64,000 nt of DNA from Clostridia bacterium. GTDB taxonomy: Bacteria > Bacillota > Clostridia > UMGS1883. The notes under the pieces are model-generated. The model was not told where the DNA came from. It saw only the letters and a program-made list of their open reading frames with translations, and ran no database searches. Position numbers and translations under genes: made by a program. Below, piece by piece: positions 19,803 through 28,946 of the stretch (position 1 is the stretch's first letter; each line of letters begins with the position of its first letter). Location: positions 25,055 to 89,054 of the forward strand of contig JAZUCF010000024.1 in the NCBI GenBank assembly GCA_045638945.1, read 5' to 3'.

Positions 19803-19883
19803 TAGGAATTTGCGTAAATTTAATTCGCATGAAACTGTGTTCGTGCAATGTTCGGGTGCGACGAGAGTGAAGCGGCACGCTTC
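19803..19883 (-). repeat. ~80-bp intergenic repeat family, copy A
   Basis: Ends with GTGAAGCGGCACGCTTC 4 nt from the stop codon of the minus-strand transporter gene; head AATTTGCGTAAATTTAATTCGC resembles copies B and C. Confidence 0.6.
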
Positions 19884-19887
19884 TTTT

Positions 19888-20997
19888 TTACTTAATTATA
19901 ATCATTTCTGAAAGGGTAAGCAGTATTAAAAATCCGAAATTAAACGCCGTAAACATTCCTATATACTGCATTGCCCTTTTGGGATTATACTTTGTGTATT
20001 CACGGAAAGTGATAAGACTTGCCAAGGAAGCAATCAGCGTTCCCACACCGCCGATATTCACCCCTAAAAGAAGCTCTCGGTAGTTGTTTGTGAACTGCGA
20101 CAGCAGTATTGCAGAGGGAACATTGCTTATAATCTGACAGGACAGAATACTAAAGAGCAGCGTGCTTTTACCTAATAGATATTCAAATAAATTCTGAACG
20201 ACTTCAATCCTTGCCATATTTCCTGCAAATATAAAGAAAAATACAAAGGTCAGAAGCAGGGGATAGTCCACCGCTTTAAGTGCTTTTCTGTCCATAAAGA
20301 AGAGTACGGGTGGGATAATAATAAGCCCCGTTATATAAGGAATTGTCCTGAAAACAATCGCGATTGAAAGAATAAAGAGAAGTAAATAGATGAAAGTTCT
20401 CTTTTTGCTAAGCTTGGGCGAAGCATCGTTTATTCTAAGCGGTTCGGGGTGAACAAATATGAAGCAGCAAATGGTTATGATGCTTATTGCAATAACAAAA
20501 GGTGGTGCCATTATTCCCATAAATTCATCGGTGGGAATATTGAATTTGGTGTAAAGAAAAAGATTCTGCGGATTTCCGAAAGGTGTGAGCATACCGCCTA
20601 AATTTGCGGCAATGTTCTGCATAATAAATGTAAAGCACATATACTTTTCTTTATGTGTTGAGCTTAGCACAAAGTAGCCCAGCGGAAGAAAGGTTAAAAG
20701 TGCCATATCATTTGCAATCAGCATTGAGCCGATAAAGGTTATGTATATAATTGCGGTGATTGCCGCACGTGCATTTTTAAAGCATTGTACAATTTTCTGT
20801 GCCAATATATAAAAGAAATTAATATTTTTAAGTGCACACACAACGGCAAGCACACAAAAAAGACAGGTAAGCGACTTAAAATCAAAATATCCGATATATT
20901 CTTTGTCTATTCCCACTATAATGCTTGTAATAAGAGCTGCAAAGAATGCAACAGATAAAACAGCATTGTTTTTCATAAAAGAGGCGATTTTACTCAT
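19888..20997 (-). CDS. Polytopic membrane transporter (ArsB/NhaD-like ion-transporter superfamily, putative)
   Basis: 369 aa, ~10-12 TM segments, PFGNPQNL motif; family assignment is tentative. Confidence 0.45.
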   Translation of the reverse strand: MSKIASFMKNNAVLSVAFFAALITSIIVGIDKEYIGYFDFKSLTCLFCVLAVVCALKNINFFYILAQKIVQCFKNARAAITAIIYITFIGSMLIANDMALLTFLPLGYFVLSSTHKEKYMCFTFIMQNIAANLGGMLTPFGNPQNLFLYTKFNIPTDEFMGIMAPPFVIAISIITICCFIFVHPEPLRINDASPKLSKKRTFIYLLLFILSIAIVFRTIPYITGLIIIPPVLFFMDRKALKAVDYPLLLTFVFFFIFAGNMARIEVVQNLFEYLLGKSTLLFSILSCQIISNVPSAILLSQFTNNYRELLLGVNIGGVGTLIASLASLITFREYTKYNPKRAMQYIGMFTAFNFGFLILLTLSEMIIIK

Positions 20998-21162
20998 AAT
21001 GCATCTCCCTTAAAAATTGCATAGCTCCGCTATTATAACATCCGAAGAAAATATTGTCAAATAAAAACTAAAAAAATAGAAAAAATTTGAAAAATACACT
21101 TTAATATTAAGAAAAATTGTGGTATACTAATTTCTGTATTATTAATTCGAGGTGAGAAGGGA

Positions 21163-22647
21163 ATGGGTAAAATCGGATTTGACAATCAAAAATATCTTTC
21201 CATGCAGTCGGAACAGATAAGAAAGCGTATTGCTCTTTTCGGAGGAAAGCTATATCTGGAATTCGGGGGAAAGCTTTTTGACGATTTCCATGCCTCACGC
21301 GTTCTTCCGGGCTTTGAGCCGGACAGTAAAATGCGTATGCTTCAGCAGCTTAGTGATGATGTTGAAATCGTCATGACTATTAATGCGGCAGATATTGAAA
21401 CGAATAAAATGCGTGCTGACCTCGGAATAACCTATGATGAAGATGTACTTCGGCTTATCGATACCTTCCGTGAGCTTAATTTATATGTAGGAAGTGTGGT
21501 GCTTACCCGTTACGACGGTCAGGCAAGTGCCAATGCATTTTTAAAGCAGCTTACCGCACTGGGAATCAAGTGCTACAAGCATTATCCCATTGCAGGCTAT
21601 CCCTCGGATATTAAGCATATCGTTAGCGATGAGGGTCTTGGTAAGAATGATTATATTGAAACTACCCGTTCGCTTGTGGTAATAACTGCCCCCGGTCCGG
21701 GAAGCGGTAAAATGGCAACCTGCTTAAGTCAGCTTTATCACGACCATAAAAGAGGGATTACGGCAGGGTACGCTAAGTTTGAAACATTTCCGATTTGGAA
21801 TCTTCCTTTGAAGCATCCCGTGAATCTTGCGTATGAAGCGGCGACGGCAGATTTAAATGACGTAAATATGATTGACCCGTTCCATCTGGAGGCATACGGG
21901 GAAACGGCTGTTAACTATAACCGTGACGTGGAAATCTTCCCTGTGCTTAATGCCATGTTTGAAAGAATTCAGGGAACATCTCCCTATAAATCCCCTACCG
22001 ATATGGGCGTAAATATGGCGGGCAACTGTATTATTGATGATAAGGTTTGCTGCGATGCTTCCAAAATGGAAATTATCCGCAGATATTACAGTGCAAGCGT
22101 GAACAAGCTTCGCTCTTTCAGCGACGATAACGATATAATGAAGCTTGAGCTTCTTATGAATCAGGCGGGAATGCGTCCCGAAAAATGCCCCGTAATCAAA
22201 GCGGCACTTAAAAAAGCCGAGGAAACGGGAGCACCTGCGGGGGCGATGGAGCTTCCTGACGGCAGAATTATTACGGGAAAAACCTCAAGCACTCTCGGTG
22301 CGGCATCGGCACTTCTCCTTAATGCACTGAAAGCATTGGGAGATATCGACGATGAACTTCTTCTTATTTCGGCGGACGTGCTTGAGCCTATATGTGCTCT
22401 TAAGACTAATTACCTTAAACACAAAAATCCCAGGCTTCATACCGACGAGGTTTTAATGTCGCTTACTATTTCAGCTCTTTCAAACCCCGTTGCAAATGCG
22501 GCGAAAGAGCAGCTCTCTAATCTTCACGGAAGCAATGCACATTTTTCTGTTATAATCAGCGAGGAAGACGAGAAAATTCTCAGAAGACTCGGCATTAATG
22601 TAAGCTGTGAAGCAAAATACGAAAACAAAAGTTTGTATCATAAATAA
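21163..22647 (+). CDS. DUF1846/UPF0371 family protein
   Basis: 494 aa; N-terminus MGKIGFDNQKYLSMQSEQIRKRI..DFHASRVLPGFEPD matches the conserved UPF0371 family of Firmicutes; extended -10 TGTGGTATACT upstream. Confidence 0.6.
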   Translation: MGKIGFDNQKYLSMQSEQIRKRIALFGGKLYLEFGGKLFDDFHASRVLPGFEPDSKMRMLQQLSDDVEIVMTINAADIETNKMRADLGITYDEDVLRLIDTFRELNLYVGSVVLTRYDGQASANAFLKQLTALGIKCYKHYPIAGYPSDIKHIVSDEGLGKNDYIETTRSLVVITAPGPGSGKMATCLSQLYHDHKRGITAGYAKFETFPIWNLPLKHPVNLAYEAATADLNDVNMIDPFHLEAYGETAVNYNRDVEIFPVLNAMFERIQGTSPYKSPTDMGVNMAGNCIIDDKVCCDASKMEIIRRYYSASVNKLRSFSDDNDIMKLELLMNQAGMRPEKCPVIKAALKKAEETGAPAGAMELPDGRIITGKTSSTLGAASALLLNALKALGDIDDELLLISADVLEPICALKTNYLKHKNPRLHTDEVLMSLTISALSNPVANAAKEQLSNLHGSNAHFSVIISEEDEKILRRLGINVSCEAKYENKSLYHK

Positions 22648-22682
22648 TAAAAATCCCGAAGAAATTTCTTCGGGATTTTTAT
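22648..22682. terminator. Bidirectional terminator (AAAATCCCGAAGAAATTTCTTCGGGATTTT)
   Basis: Perfect palindrome with A/T tracts on both sides between convergent genes. Confidence 0.65.
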
Positions 22683-22714
22683 TTCTCTAACAGGTAAAAA
22701 TATACTTGTTATGA

Positions 22715-22909
22715 TTACTTCATAGACTGCTCGTAAGCGGAAATCATCTTTTTAACCATCTGTCCGCCAACGCTTCCGTTTTCACGGCTTGTCTTGTCGC
22801 CGTTGTAACCCTGGTTAAGTGTTACGCCTACTTCGTTAGCAGCTTCCATTTTGAAACGGTTAAGTGCCTCTCTTGCTTCGGGTACGAGAACTCTTGATCT
22901 TCTACTCAT
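22715..22909 (-). CDS. Alpha/beta-type small acid-soluble spore protein
   Basis: 64 aa; MEAANEVGV..LNQGYNGDKTSRENGSVGG matches the SASP germination-protease site and DNA-binding region; GGAG RBS 9 nt before MSRRS. Confidence 0.8.
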   Translation of the reverse strand: MSRRSRVLVPEAREALNRFKMEAANEVGVTLNQGYNGDKTSRENGSVGGQMVKKMISAYEQSMK

Positions 22910-22967
22910 TTTCATTTTCTCCTTTTTTATTTTATATCTATATTTTCTGCAAGCTCAAAGCTTACGT

Positions 22968-23001
22968 TAGTATTGTTCGACAAACTAAGGTATTATATTC
23001 A
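22968..23001 (-). promoter_or_regulatory. Forespore sigma-G-like promoter candidate (TGAATA-N18-CAATACTA) for the SASP gene
   Basis: Minus-strand read resembles the sigma-G consensus GnATR-N18-CATnnTA with one insertion; SASP genes are classically sigma-G dependent. Confidence 0.3.
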
Positions 23002-23054
23002 GCCAATATTTTACATAGTAATAGAAAAAAATAGAAAATTTTTCAAAAAAAGTA

Positions 23055-23109
23055 TTGACACCGAACAAATGTTCTGTTATATTATAATCAGAAAGCGAAC
23101 AAACGTTTG
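23055..23109 (+). promoter_or_regulatory. Promoter (TTGACA-17-TATATT) with two LexA/Cheo boxes
   Basis: CGAACAAATGTTCT (23062-23075) between -35 and -10, and CGAACAAACGTTTG (23096-23109) just before the RBS. Both fit the Gram-positive LexA consensus CGAACNNNNGTTCG with one mismatch each. Confidence 0.55.
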
Positions 23110-23120
23110 GAGGTCTTATT

Positions 23121-23441
23121 ATGAAGACAAGCAGTAAATTAAGAAGATTACAGAGAATGAGAGAGTTAAAGCGTCAGCGCAGAAGATTCTTTTCCATATT
23201 AATGGTTGTATTTGTATTATTTGCACATTCCGCATTTTCTAAGCAGGAATCCGCAGATGATAAGGTGGAAGTTATTACCGTTACCGTTGAGCCGGGCGAT
23301 ACCCTTTGGGAAATTGCTCTCCGATATAAAGCCCCCGGGGAAGATACCCGCGACTTCATGTATGAGATAGCAGCAAATAACGGCGTAAAGGATTGTAACA
23401 TAGTAAGCGGTCAGATGCTTTATATTCCTGTAAGTAAATGA
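23121..23441 (+). CDS. LysM-domain membrane protein, candidate YneA-like SOS cell-division inhibitor
   Basis: 106 aa: basic N-terminus, one TM (FFSILMVVFVLFA), C-terminal LysM (TVEPGDTLWEIALRY..CNIVSGQMLYIPV). Same size and architecture as B. subtilis YneA, and preceded by LexA boxes. Confidence 0.5.
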   Translation: MKTSSKLRRLQRMRELKRQRRRFFSILMVVFVLFAHSAFSKQESADDKVEVITVTVEPGDTLWEIALRYKAPGEDTRDFMYEIAANNGVKDCNIVSGQMLYIPVSK

Positions 23442-23474
23442 TTTATTCAATTTCTTACTTGAAAAGATTCTGAT

Positions 23475-23503
23475 TATAGTATATAATATAGACATCTTTT
23501 TAA
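23475..23503 (+). promoter_or_regulatory. SigA-type promoter (TTGAAA-17-TATAAT) for the small Cys-rich ORF
   Basis: Consensus hexamers with 17-bp spacer, 15 nt upstream of the TTG start. Confidence 0.45.
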
Positions 23504-23517
23504 AAGGAATGATAAGG

Positions 23518-23682
23518 TTGAATAAGTGTATACTTGATGAAACTAAAATTTGCAGTGATTGCGGAGAATGTGACAAGTGTGATATTACTCCCGGAAAACT
23601 TTGTGACAATTGCGGAAAATGCATCGGTCTTGATGCCGACAGCCGCGCTATAGAAATAGAAGATGTTATTTTAAAACAGTGA
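23518..23682 (+). CDS. Small cysteine-rich protein (54 aa, 8 Cys as CxxCxxCxxC / CxxCxxC), TTG start, not in the ORF track
   Basis: TTG preceded by AAGGAA RBS. Translation LNKCILDETKICSDCGECDKCDITPGKLCDNCGKCIGLDADSRAIEIEDVILKQ; has its own promoter and a clean intergenic position. Confidence 0.4.
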   Translation: MNKCILDETKICSDCGECDKCDITPGKLCDNCGKCIGLDADSRAIEIEDVILKQ

Positions 23683-23792
23683 TTTTGGGCGGTTTTCCTT
23701 TTGGAGAATCGCCATATTTTTTTGTTGCACTGACGGGTATAGTATGGTATAATATATCTTGATATTATATGTGCTAAAAAGGGGCTTTTATA

Positions 23793-24518
23793 ATGGAAAC
23801 AGTAAATATTTTAGGCGTTCATGTAAATAAATATACTATGGATGAGGCGGTTGAAAAAGCACAGGAGCTTTTAACGACCGATTCTCTCAGTATGATATTT
23901 ACGCCTAATTCGGAAATAATACTTTACGCATCGAATAATCAGGAGTTTACCGATGTGCTTAACAGTGCTGATATGATAATCCCCGACGGAATCGGTGTGG
24001 TATACGGTGCTAAGATTTTAAAAAACCCTATAAAAGAACGTGTTGCAGGCTTCGACCTTGTATGCAATCTTTTTCCAAAAATGGCAGAGAAGAAGCAAAG
24101 CGTTTTCCTTTTGGGTGCAAAGCCGGGTGTGGCACTCTCTGCCGCAGAGAAGCTTAAAGAAAAATACCCGGGGCTTGTAATTGCCGGCACTCATGACGGT
24201 TATTTTAAAGAGGACGAGCCTGTAATTAAAGAAATCAACGAAGCATCACCCGATTTTCTAATGGTGTGCCTTGGTTTTCCCAAGCAGGAAAACTGGATTT
24301 ACAATAACCGTGAAAAGCTTAATGCACGCCTTGCCATCGGTGCAGGCGGTTGTCTTGATGTGTTTGCAGGGACTGTTCAGCGTGCTCCCGATTTTTATTG
24401 CAGACACGGAATTGAGTGGCTTTACCGCCTTGTAAAACAGCCATCAAGATTTGTGCGTATGTTGGCACTTCCCAAATTCGGTCTTAAGGTTCTTTTTAAG
24501 GGCAGACGATATAAATAA
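23793..24518 (+). CDS. tagA: WecB/TagA/CpsF family glycosyltransferase (N-acetylmannosaminyltransferase-like)
   Basis: 241 aa; ILGVHVN start, IPDGIGVV and FLLGAKPGV motifs of the TagA family. Confidence 0.75.
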   Translation: METVNILGVHVNKYTMDEAVEKAQELLTTDSLSMIFTPNSEIILYASNNQEFTDVLNSADMIIPDGIGVVYGAKILKNPIKERVAGFDLVCNLFPKMAEKKQSVFLLGAKPGVALSAAEKLKEKYPGLVIAGTHDGYFKEDEPVIKEINEASPDFLMVCLGFPKQENWIYNNREKLNARLAIGAGGCLDVFAGTVQRAPDFYCRHGIEWLYRLVKQPSRFVRMLALPKFGLKVLFKGRRYK

Positions 24519-24533
24519 GGATGTAAAGATTTT

Positions 24534-25418
24534 ATGCTTGAATTTTCACCTATATCGCCAAATGATTATGAGCGATATTATAAATACCGTGACAAAGACC
24601 CTTCCGTCGCATCGGAAGCGTCATTTACCACGATTTATATATGGAATAACTATTATAATCTTGAATGCAGCGAAAACGGAGAATTCTTTTTCCTGAGATT
24701 TAATATAAAGGGGAAAGAGCCGTCTTACTTTTTCCCGATAGGAAGCGGTAACATAGATAAGGCTCTTGCAGAGCTTTCGGATTATGCCGCATTAAAGGGA
24801 GAAAAGCTTTGCTTCCGCCTTGTATCAAAGGAAAATAAGGATAAGCTTATTGAAGCCTTTGGTGATAGATTGAAGGTGAAGGAGTCACGTGATTCCTTTG
24901 ATTATGTGTATCTTACACAAAGGATGATTTCCCTTTCAGGGAAGAAGCTTCACTCAAAAAGAAATCATTTGAACTATTTTATTGAAAATTACAATTACAG
25001 ATATGTAAAAGTAGAGGATAAAGCTACTTTGGAAAAATGTGCAGAGAAAGCCTATGAACTTGTCAGCTTAAAGAAAAAGAATAAGAATTCTTTCGAGCTT
25101 GGTGCAATGAAAAGTTATTTTGAGCATTATTTTGAATTTAACCAGACAGGTGCAATGCTTGAAATTGATGGAGAAACTGCGGCAATGAGCTTTGGCGAAA
25201 AAATTTCTGATGATACTGCACTTATCCAGATAGAGTTAGCAGACGATAACTACCGCGGAGCATATCAGGCAATTAATAAGCTTTTCTGCGAAAACGAATG
25301 GAAAAGCTTCACCTATGTCAACCGTGAAGAGGATATGGGAATAGAGGGGCTAAGAAAGGCAAAAATGAGCTATCAGCCTGAATTTTTAGTAGAAAAATAT
25401 TATCTTTGGGAGGAATAG
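24534..25418 (+). CDS. DUF2156 domain protein (GNAT-like fold related to the lysyl-PG synthase C-domain)
   Basis: 294 aa; N-terminal pattern LEFSPISPNDYERYYKY..SFTTIYIWNNYY typical of DUF2156. Confidence 0.5.
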   Translation: MLEFSPISPNDYERYYKYRDKDPSVASEASFTTIYIWNNYYNLECSENGEFFFLRFNIKGKEPSYFFPIGSGNIDKALAELSDYAALKGEKLCFRLVSKENKDKLIEAFGDRLKVKESRDSFDYVYLTQRMISLSGKKLHSKRNHLNYFIENYNYRYVKVEDKATLEKCAEKAYELVSLKKKNKNSFELGAMKSYFEHYFEFNQTGAMLEIDGETAAMSFGEKISDDTALIQIELADDNYRGAYQAINKLFCENEWKSFTYVNREEDMGIEGLRKAKMSYQPEFLVEKYYLWEE

Positions 25419-25420
25419 AT

Positions 25421-25957
25421 ATGGTTTACATTTTTCTTGCAGACGGATTTGAAGAGATAGAGGCACTTGCACCTCTTGATATTATGCGAAGAGCAAATAT
25501 AGACGTTTTGACGGTCGGCGTTACAGGTGAATATGTAAAAGGTTCGCACAATATTACCGTAAAGGCAGATATATTGCCGGAAAAAGTTGATTACTCTATT
25601 CTTGACTGCGTAATTCTTCCTGGCGGACTTCCCGGAACTACAAATCTTGAAAAGGATGAAAGAGTTCAAAACGCAATAGACTATGCAAGTGAAAATAATA
25701 AGCTTATCTGTGCAATCTGTGCTGCACCTTCAATTTTGGGGAATAAAGGGCTTCTTAATGGGAAAGAGGCTACCTGCTACCCGGGATTTGAAGATAGCTT
25801 TGAGGGCGGTAAATATGTAAAGCAGTCTGTTGTAAAGTGTGATAACTTTATAACCTCCGACGGAATGGGCAGTGCATATAAATTTGGTTTTGCGATTACT
25901 GCGGAGCTTACGTCAAAAGAAACAGCGGAGAAAATCAAAGAACAGATCCAGTACTAA
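25421..25957 (+). CDS. DJ-1/PfpI family protein
   Basis: MVYIFLADGFEE..AICAAP (nucleophile-elbow Cys); GGAGG RBS before the ATG at 25421. Confidence 0.8.
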   Translation: MVYIFLADGFEEIEALAPLDIMRRANIDVLTVGVTGEYVKGSHNITVKADILPEKVDYSILDCVILPGGLPGTTNLEKDERVQNAIDYASENNKLICAICAAPSILGNKGLLNGKEATCYPGFEDSFEGGKYVKQSVVKCDNFITSDGMGSAYKFGFAITAELTSKETAEKIKEQIQY

Positions 25958-25966
25958 GGTGATTAT

Positions 25967-26593
25967 ATGCAGAACTTTTTAGAAGAACTAATCCCCGACA
26001 GAGGGGCGTTTTTAACCGAGCTCAGGCAAAAATCGGCACTTCCCGAAAGCTATGCTCCTATTGTGCAAAAGGAGACGGAGCAGCTTATCATTACGCTTCT
26101 TCAGATGATTAAACCCAAAAGGGTGCTGGAAGTGGGAACGGCAGTTGGCTACAGTGCAATTCTGATGGCTGATAATCTCCCCGAGGATAGCTCAATCATC
26201 ACCATTGAACGCTATAAAAAACATGCCGATATTGCCGTTGATAATATTTTTGCTTCGGGGAATGAGAATAAAATAAGGGTTATAGAGGGTGAAGCGGCGG
26301 AGGTTCTCCACTGGCTTGACGGTGGATTTGATTTTATTTTTCTTGATGCGGCAAAAGGACAGTACATAGAATTTTTGCCCGATATTTTAAGGCTTCTCAA
26401 CCCGGGTGGTGTGCTTCTTTCCGATAATATCCTTTATCACGGAATGATTGAGGATGAGGAAAAGGTGGAAAGAAGGAAAATCACAATCGTAAAACGGCTT
26501 CATATGTATCTTGAAGAAATTATGTCAAATGAAAAGCTCACCACCTCTATAATTCCTATCGGGGACGGTGTGGCTCTCTCCGTAAAAAGATGA
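25967..26593 (+). CDS. Class I SAM-dependent O-methyltransferase (YrrM/TrmR-like)
   Basis: VLEVGTAVGYS SAM motif and DFIFLDAAK; sits upstream of a U32 peptidase as in B. subtilis yrrM-yrrN. Confidence 0.7.
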   Translation: MQNFLEELIPDRGAFLTELRQKSALPESYAPIVQKETEQLIITLLQMIKPKRVLEVGTAVGYSAILMADNLPEDSSIITIERYKKHADIAVDNIFASGNENKIRVIEGEAAEVLHWLDGGFDFIFLDAAKGQYIEFLPDILRLLNPGGVLLSDNILYHGMIEDEEKVERRKITIVKRLHMYLEEIMSNEKLTTSIIPIGDGVALSVKR

Positions 26594-26606
26594 AAGGGTA
26601 TTTATT

Positions 26607-27833
26607 ATGCAGAAAGTTGAACTTCTGGCACCTGCCGGAAATCTTTATAAACTGAAAATCGCACTGAAATATGGCGCCGATGCGGTGTATATAGGGGGAG
26701 AATGTTTTTCTCTGCGTACCGCCGCGGATAATTTTACTCCCGAAGAAATGCGTGAGGGAATAGAATTTGCACACAGCATGGGGAAAAAGGTTTATATCAC
26801 AGCCAATATTATTCCTCATAACCGTGACCTTGCCGAAATGGAAAGGTATTTCAAAGAAGTTGACGATATGGGTGCAGATGCGGTAATTATTTCTGATTTG
26901 GGAGCTTTCAATATTTGCAAAAGAGTTGCTCCGAAACTTGAAATACATATCAGCACTCAAGCTAACAATACAAACTATGCCACGGTACAGTCGTGGCATG
27001 AAATGGGTGCAAAGAGAGTTGTTCTTGCCCGTGAAATGACTCTTTCCGAGGTAAGGGAGATTCGTGATAATATAAGCTCCGATTGTGAACTTGAGGCATT
27101 TGTTCACGGGGCTATGTGCGTTTCCTATTCGGGAAGGTGTCTGCTCAGTAACTATATGACAGCCCGTGACAGTAACTGTGGTGCATGCTCTCATCCGTGC
27201 AGATGGAACTATGCTCTCATGGAAGAAAAACGCCCCGGGGAATATCTCCCCGTGTTTGAAAATGAACGCGGTACATTTATAATGAATTCCAAGGACCTAT
27301 GTATGATTGAGCATATTCCCGAAATAGTGGGAAGCGGTGTTTACTCGCTGAAAATTGAAGGCAGAGTAAAAAGTGAGTACTACGTTGCAACGATTATTGC
27401 CGCATACAGAAAAGCCATTGATTCTTATTATGAAAACCCTGCGGAGTATAAGTTTAATCCGGCATGGCTTGATGAAGTGAAAAAGGTAAGCCACCGTGAT
27501 TATTATACAGGCTTCTTTTTTGGAATCCCCGATACTGGAGCGCAGATTTACGGCTCAAGCTCTTACATACGCGAATATGATATTGCAGGAATAGTGCTTG
27601 ATTACGATCCTGAAACCTCGCTCGCTAAGGTAACGCAGAGAAACCGTTTTTTTAAAGGGGACGAAATTGAAATTATGCAGCCGGGTAAGGACTTTACCAT
27701 TCAAAAAGTAGAGGTTTTAAAAGACGAAAACCTGAATGATATAGACGTTGCAAACCATGCGGCAATGACGCTTTATATAAAGACCGATGTTCACGTGGTA
27801 AAGGATGCAATGATAAGAAAGAAAGCAGAGTGA
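26607..27833 (+). CDS. Peptidase U32 family protein (YrrN/TrhP/RlhA-like)
   Basis: ELLAPAGN..GADAVYIGG start and the U32 Cys cluster CVSYSGRCLLSNY..CGACSHPC. Confidence 0.8.
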   Translation: MQKVELLAPAGNLYKLKIALKYGADAVYIGGECFSLRTAADNFTPEEMREGIEFAHSMGKKVYITANIIPHNRDLAEMERYFKEVDDMGADAVIISDLGAFNICKRVAPKLEIHISTQANNTNYATVQSWHEMGAKRVVLAREMTLSEVREIRDNISSDCELEAFVHGAMCVSYSGRCLLSNYMTARDSNCGACSHPCRWNYALMEEKRPGEYLPVFENERGTFIMNSKDLCMIEHIPEIVGSGVYSLKIEGRVKSEYYVATIIAAYRKAIDSYYENPAEYKFNPAWLDEVKKVSHRDYYTGFFFGIPDTGAQIYGSSSYIREYDIAGIVLDYDPETSLAKVTQRNRFFKGDEIEIMQPGKDFTIQKVEVLKDENLNDIDVANHAAMTLYIKTDVHVVKDAMIRKKAE

Positions 27834-27837
27834 TAGA

Positions 27838-28344
27838 ATGCGTATATTGGGAATAGACCCCGGTATTGCAATTGTGGGATACGGCGTAGTTGATAAAGAG
27901 GGGAACCGCTACAAAACTATTGCCTACGATGCTATTACAACAAAGGCACATACCCCTCTTGAGGACAGGCTCGCCAGGGTGTATATGGGAATAAACCAAG
28001 TTATTCAGGAATACAAACCCGATGCAATGAGCATTGAGGAACTGTTTTTCAACAATAACGCAAAGACGGCACTTACGGTAGGACAGGCAAGAGGTGTTAT
28101 AATCCTTGCGGCGTATCAGAATCATGTGCCGATTTTTGAATATACACCTCTACAGGTAAAACAGGCACTTACAGGCTACGGTCGGGCAAGCAAAATGCAA
28201 ATTCAGCAGATGATGAAGTCAATGCTGGGACTTACCGAAATTCCAAAGCCCGATGATGTGGCAGATGCCCTTGCCATAGCCGTGTGCCACGGGAACAGTA
28301 TGCGTTTTAACTCAATCAAACAGTTTGGAGGATTAATGTTATGA
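27838..28344 (+). CDS. ruvC: Crossover junction endodeoxyribonuclease RuvC
   Basis: MRILGIDPG...GYG RNase-H-like motif; followed by ruvA and ruvB. Confidence 0.9.
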   Translation: MRILGIDPGIAIVGYGVVDKEGNRYKTIAYDAITTKAHTPLEDRLARVYMGINQVIQEYKPDAMSIEELFFNNNAKTALTVGQARGVIILAAYQNHVPIFEYTPLQVKQALTGYGRASKMQIQQMMKSMLGLTEIPKPDDVADALAIAVCHGNSMRFNSIKQFGGLML

Positions 28345-28946
28345 TATCTTTCTTGAAAGGTGCTTTGGCAGGAAAAAGCGAAAGCGGCGTCATAATTGAC
28401 GTGGGCGGTGTGGGCTACAGTGTCAGTATGCCTGCAAGCGATATTGCAAAAATAGGAGATATCGGAGAAAGAGTGACTGTATACACTCATTTTCATATGA
28501 GTGAAAATGCAGTAGGACTGTTTGGTTTCCTTACAAACGAGCAGATAGATTATTTTAATAAGCTTATTTCAATTTCCGGAATAGGTCCTAAAGCCGCAAT
28601 TTCCGTTCTGGGAACGCTCTCGGTACAGGACCTTGCCTTTGCAATTATTGCAGAAGATGTTAAGGCAATCACCCGCGCCCCCGGCGTGGGACCCAAGGCG
28701 GCACAGAGGATAATTTTAGAGCTTAAAGGTAAAATTGATACCCAGGATGCTGTGTCCGTTCCTGATAGGGGAGCTTCAGCTCCGATTTCTTCGGTGCGTG
28801 CCGATACAGGTGCGGTAAATGCTCTTATTGCATTGGGTGCATCCCCGTCTGAGGCACAGAAAACCGTTATGCAGATAGATGCTACAGGACTTACTACGGA
28901 GGAAGTTATTAAAGAAGCTTTAAGGAGAATGTCAAATGGAATTTGA
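28341..28946 (+). CDS. ruvA: Holliday junction DNA helicase RuvA
   Basis: MISFLKG..GVGY start and HhH GIGPK motifs. Confidence 0.9.
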   Translation: MISFLKGALAGKSESGVIIDVGGVGYSVSMPASDIAKIGDIGERVTVYTHFHMSENAVGLFGFLTNEQIDYFNKLISISGIGPKAAISVLGTLSVQDLAFAIIAEDVKAITRAPGVGPKAAQRIILELKGKIDTQDAVSVPDRGASAPISSVRADTGAVNALIALGASPSEAQKTVMQIDATGLTTEEVIKEALRRMSNGI

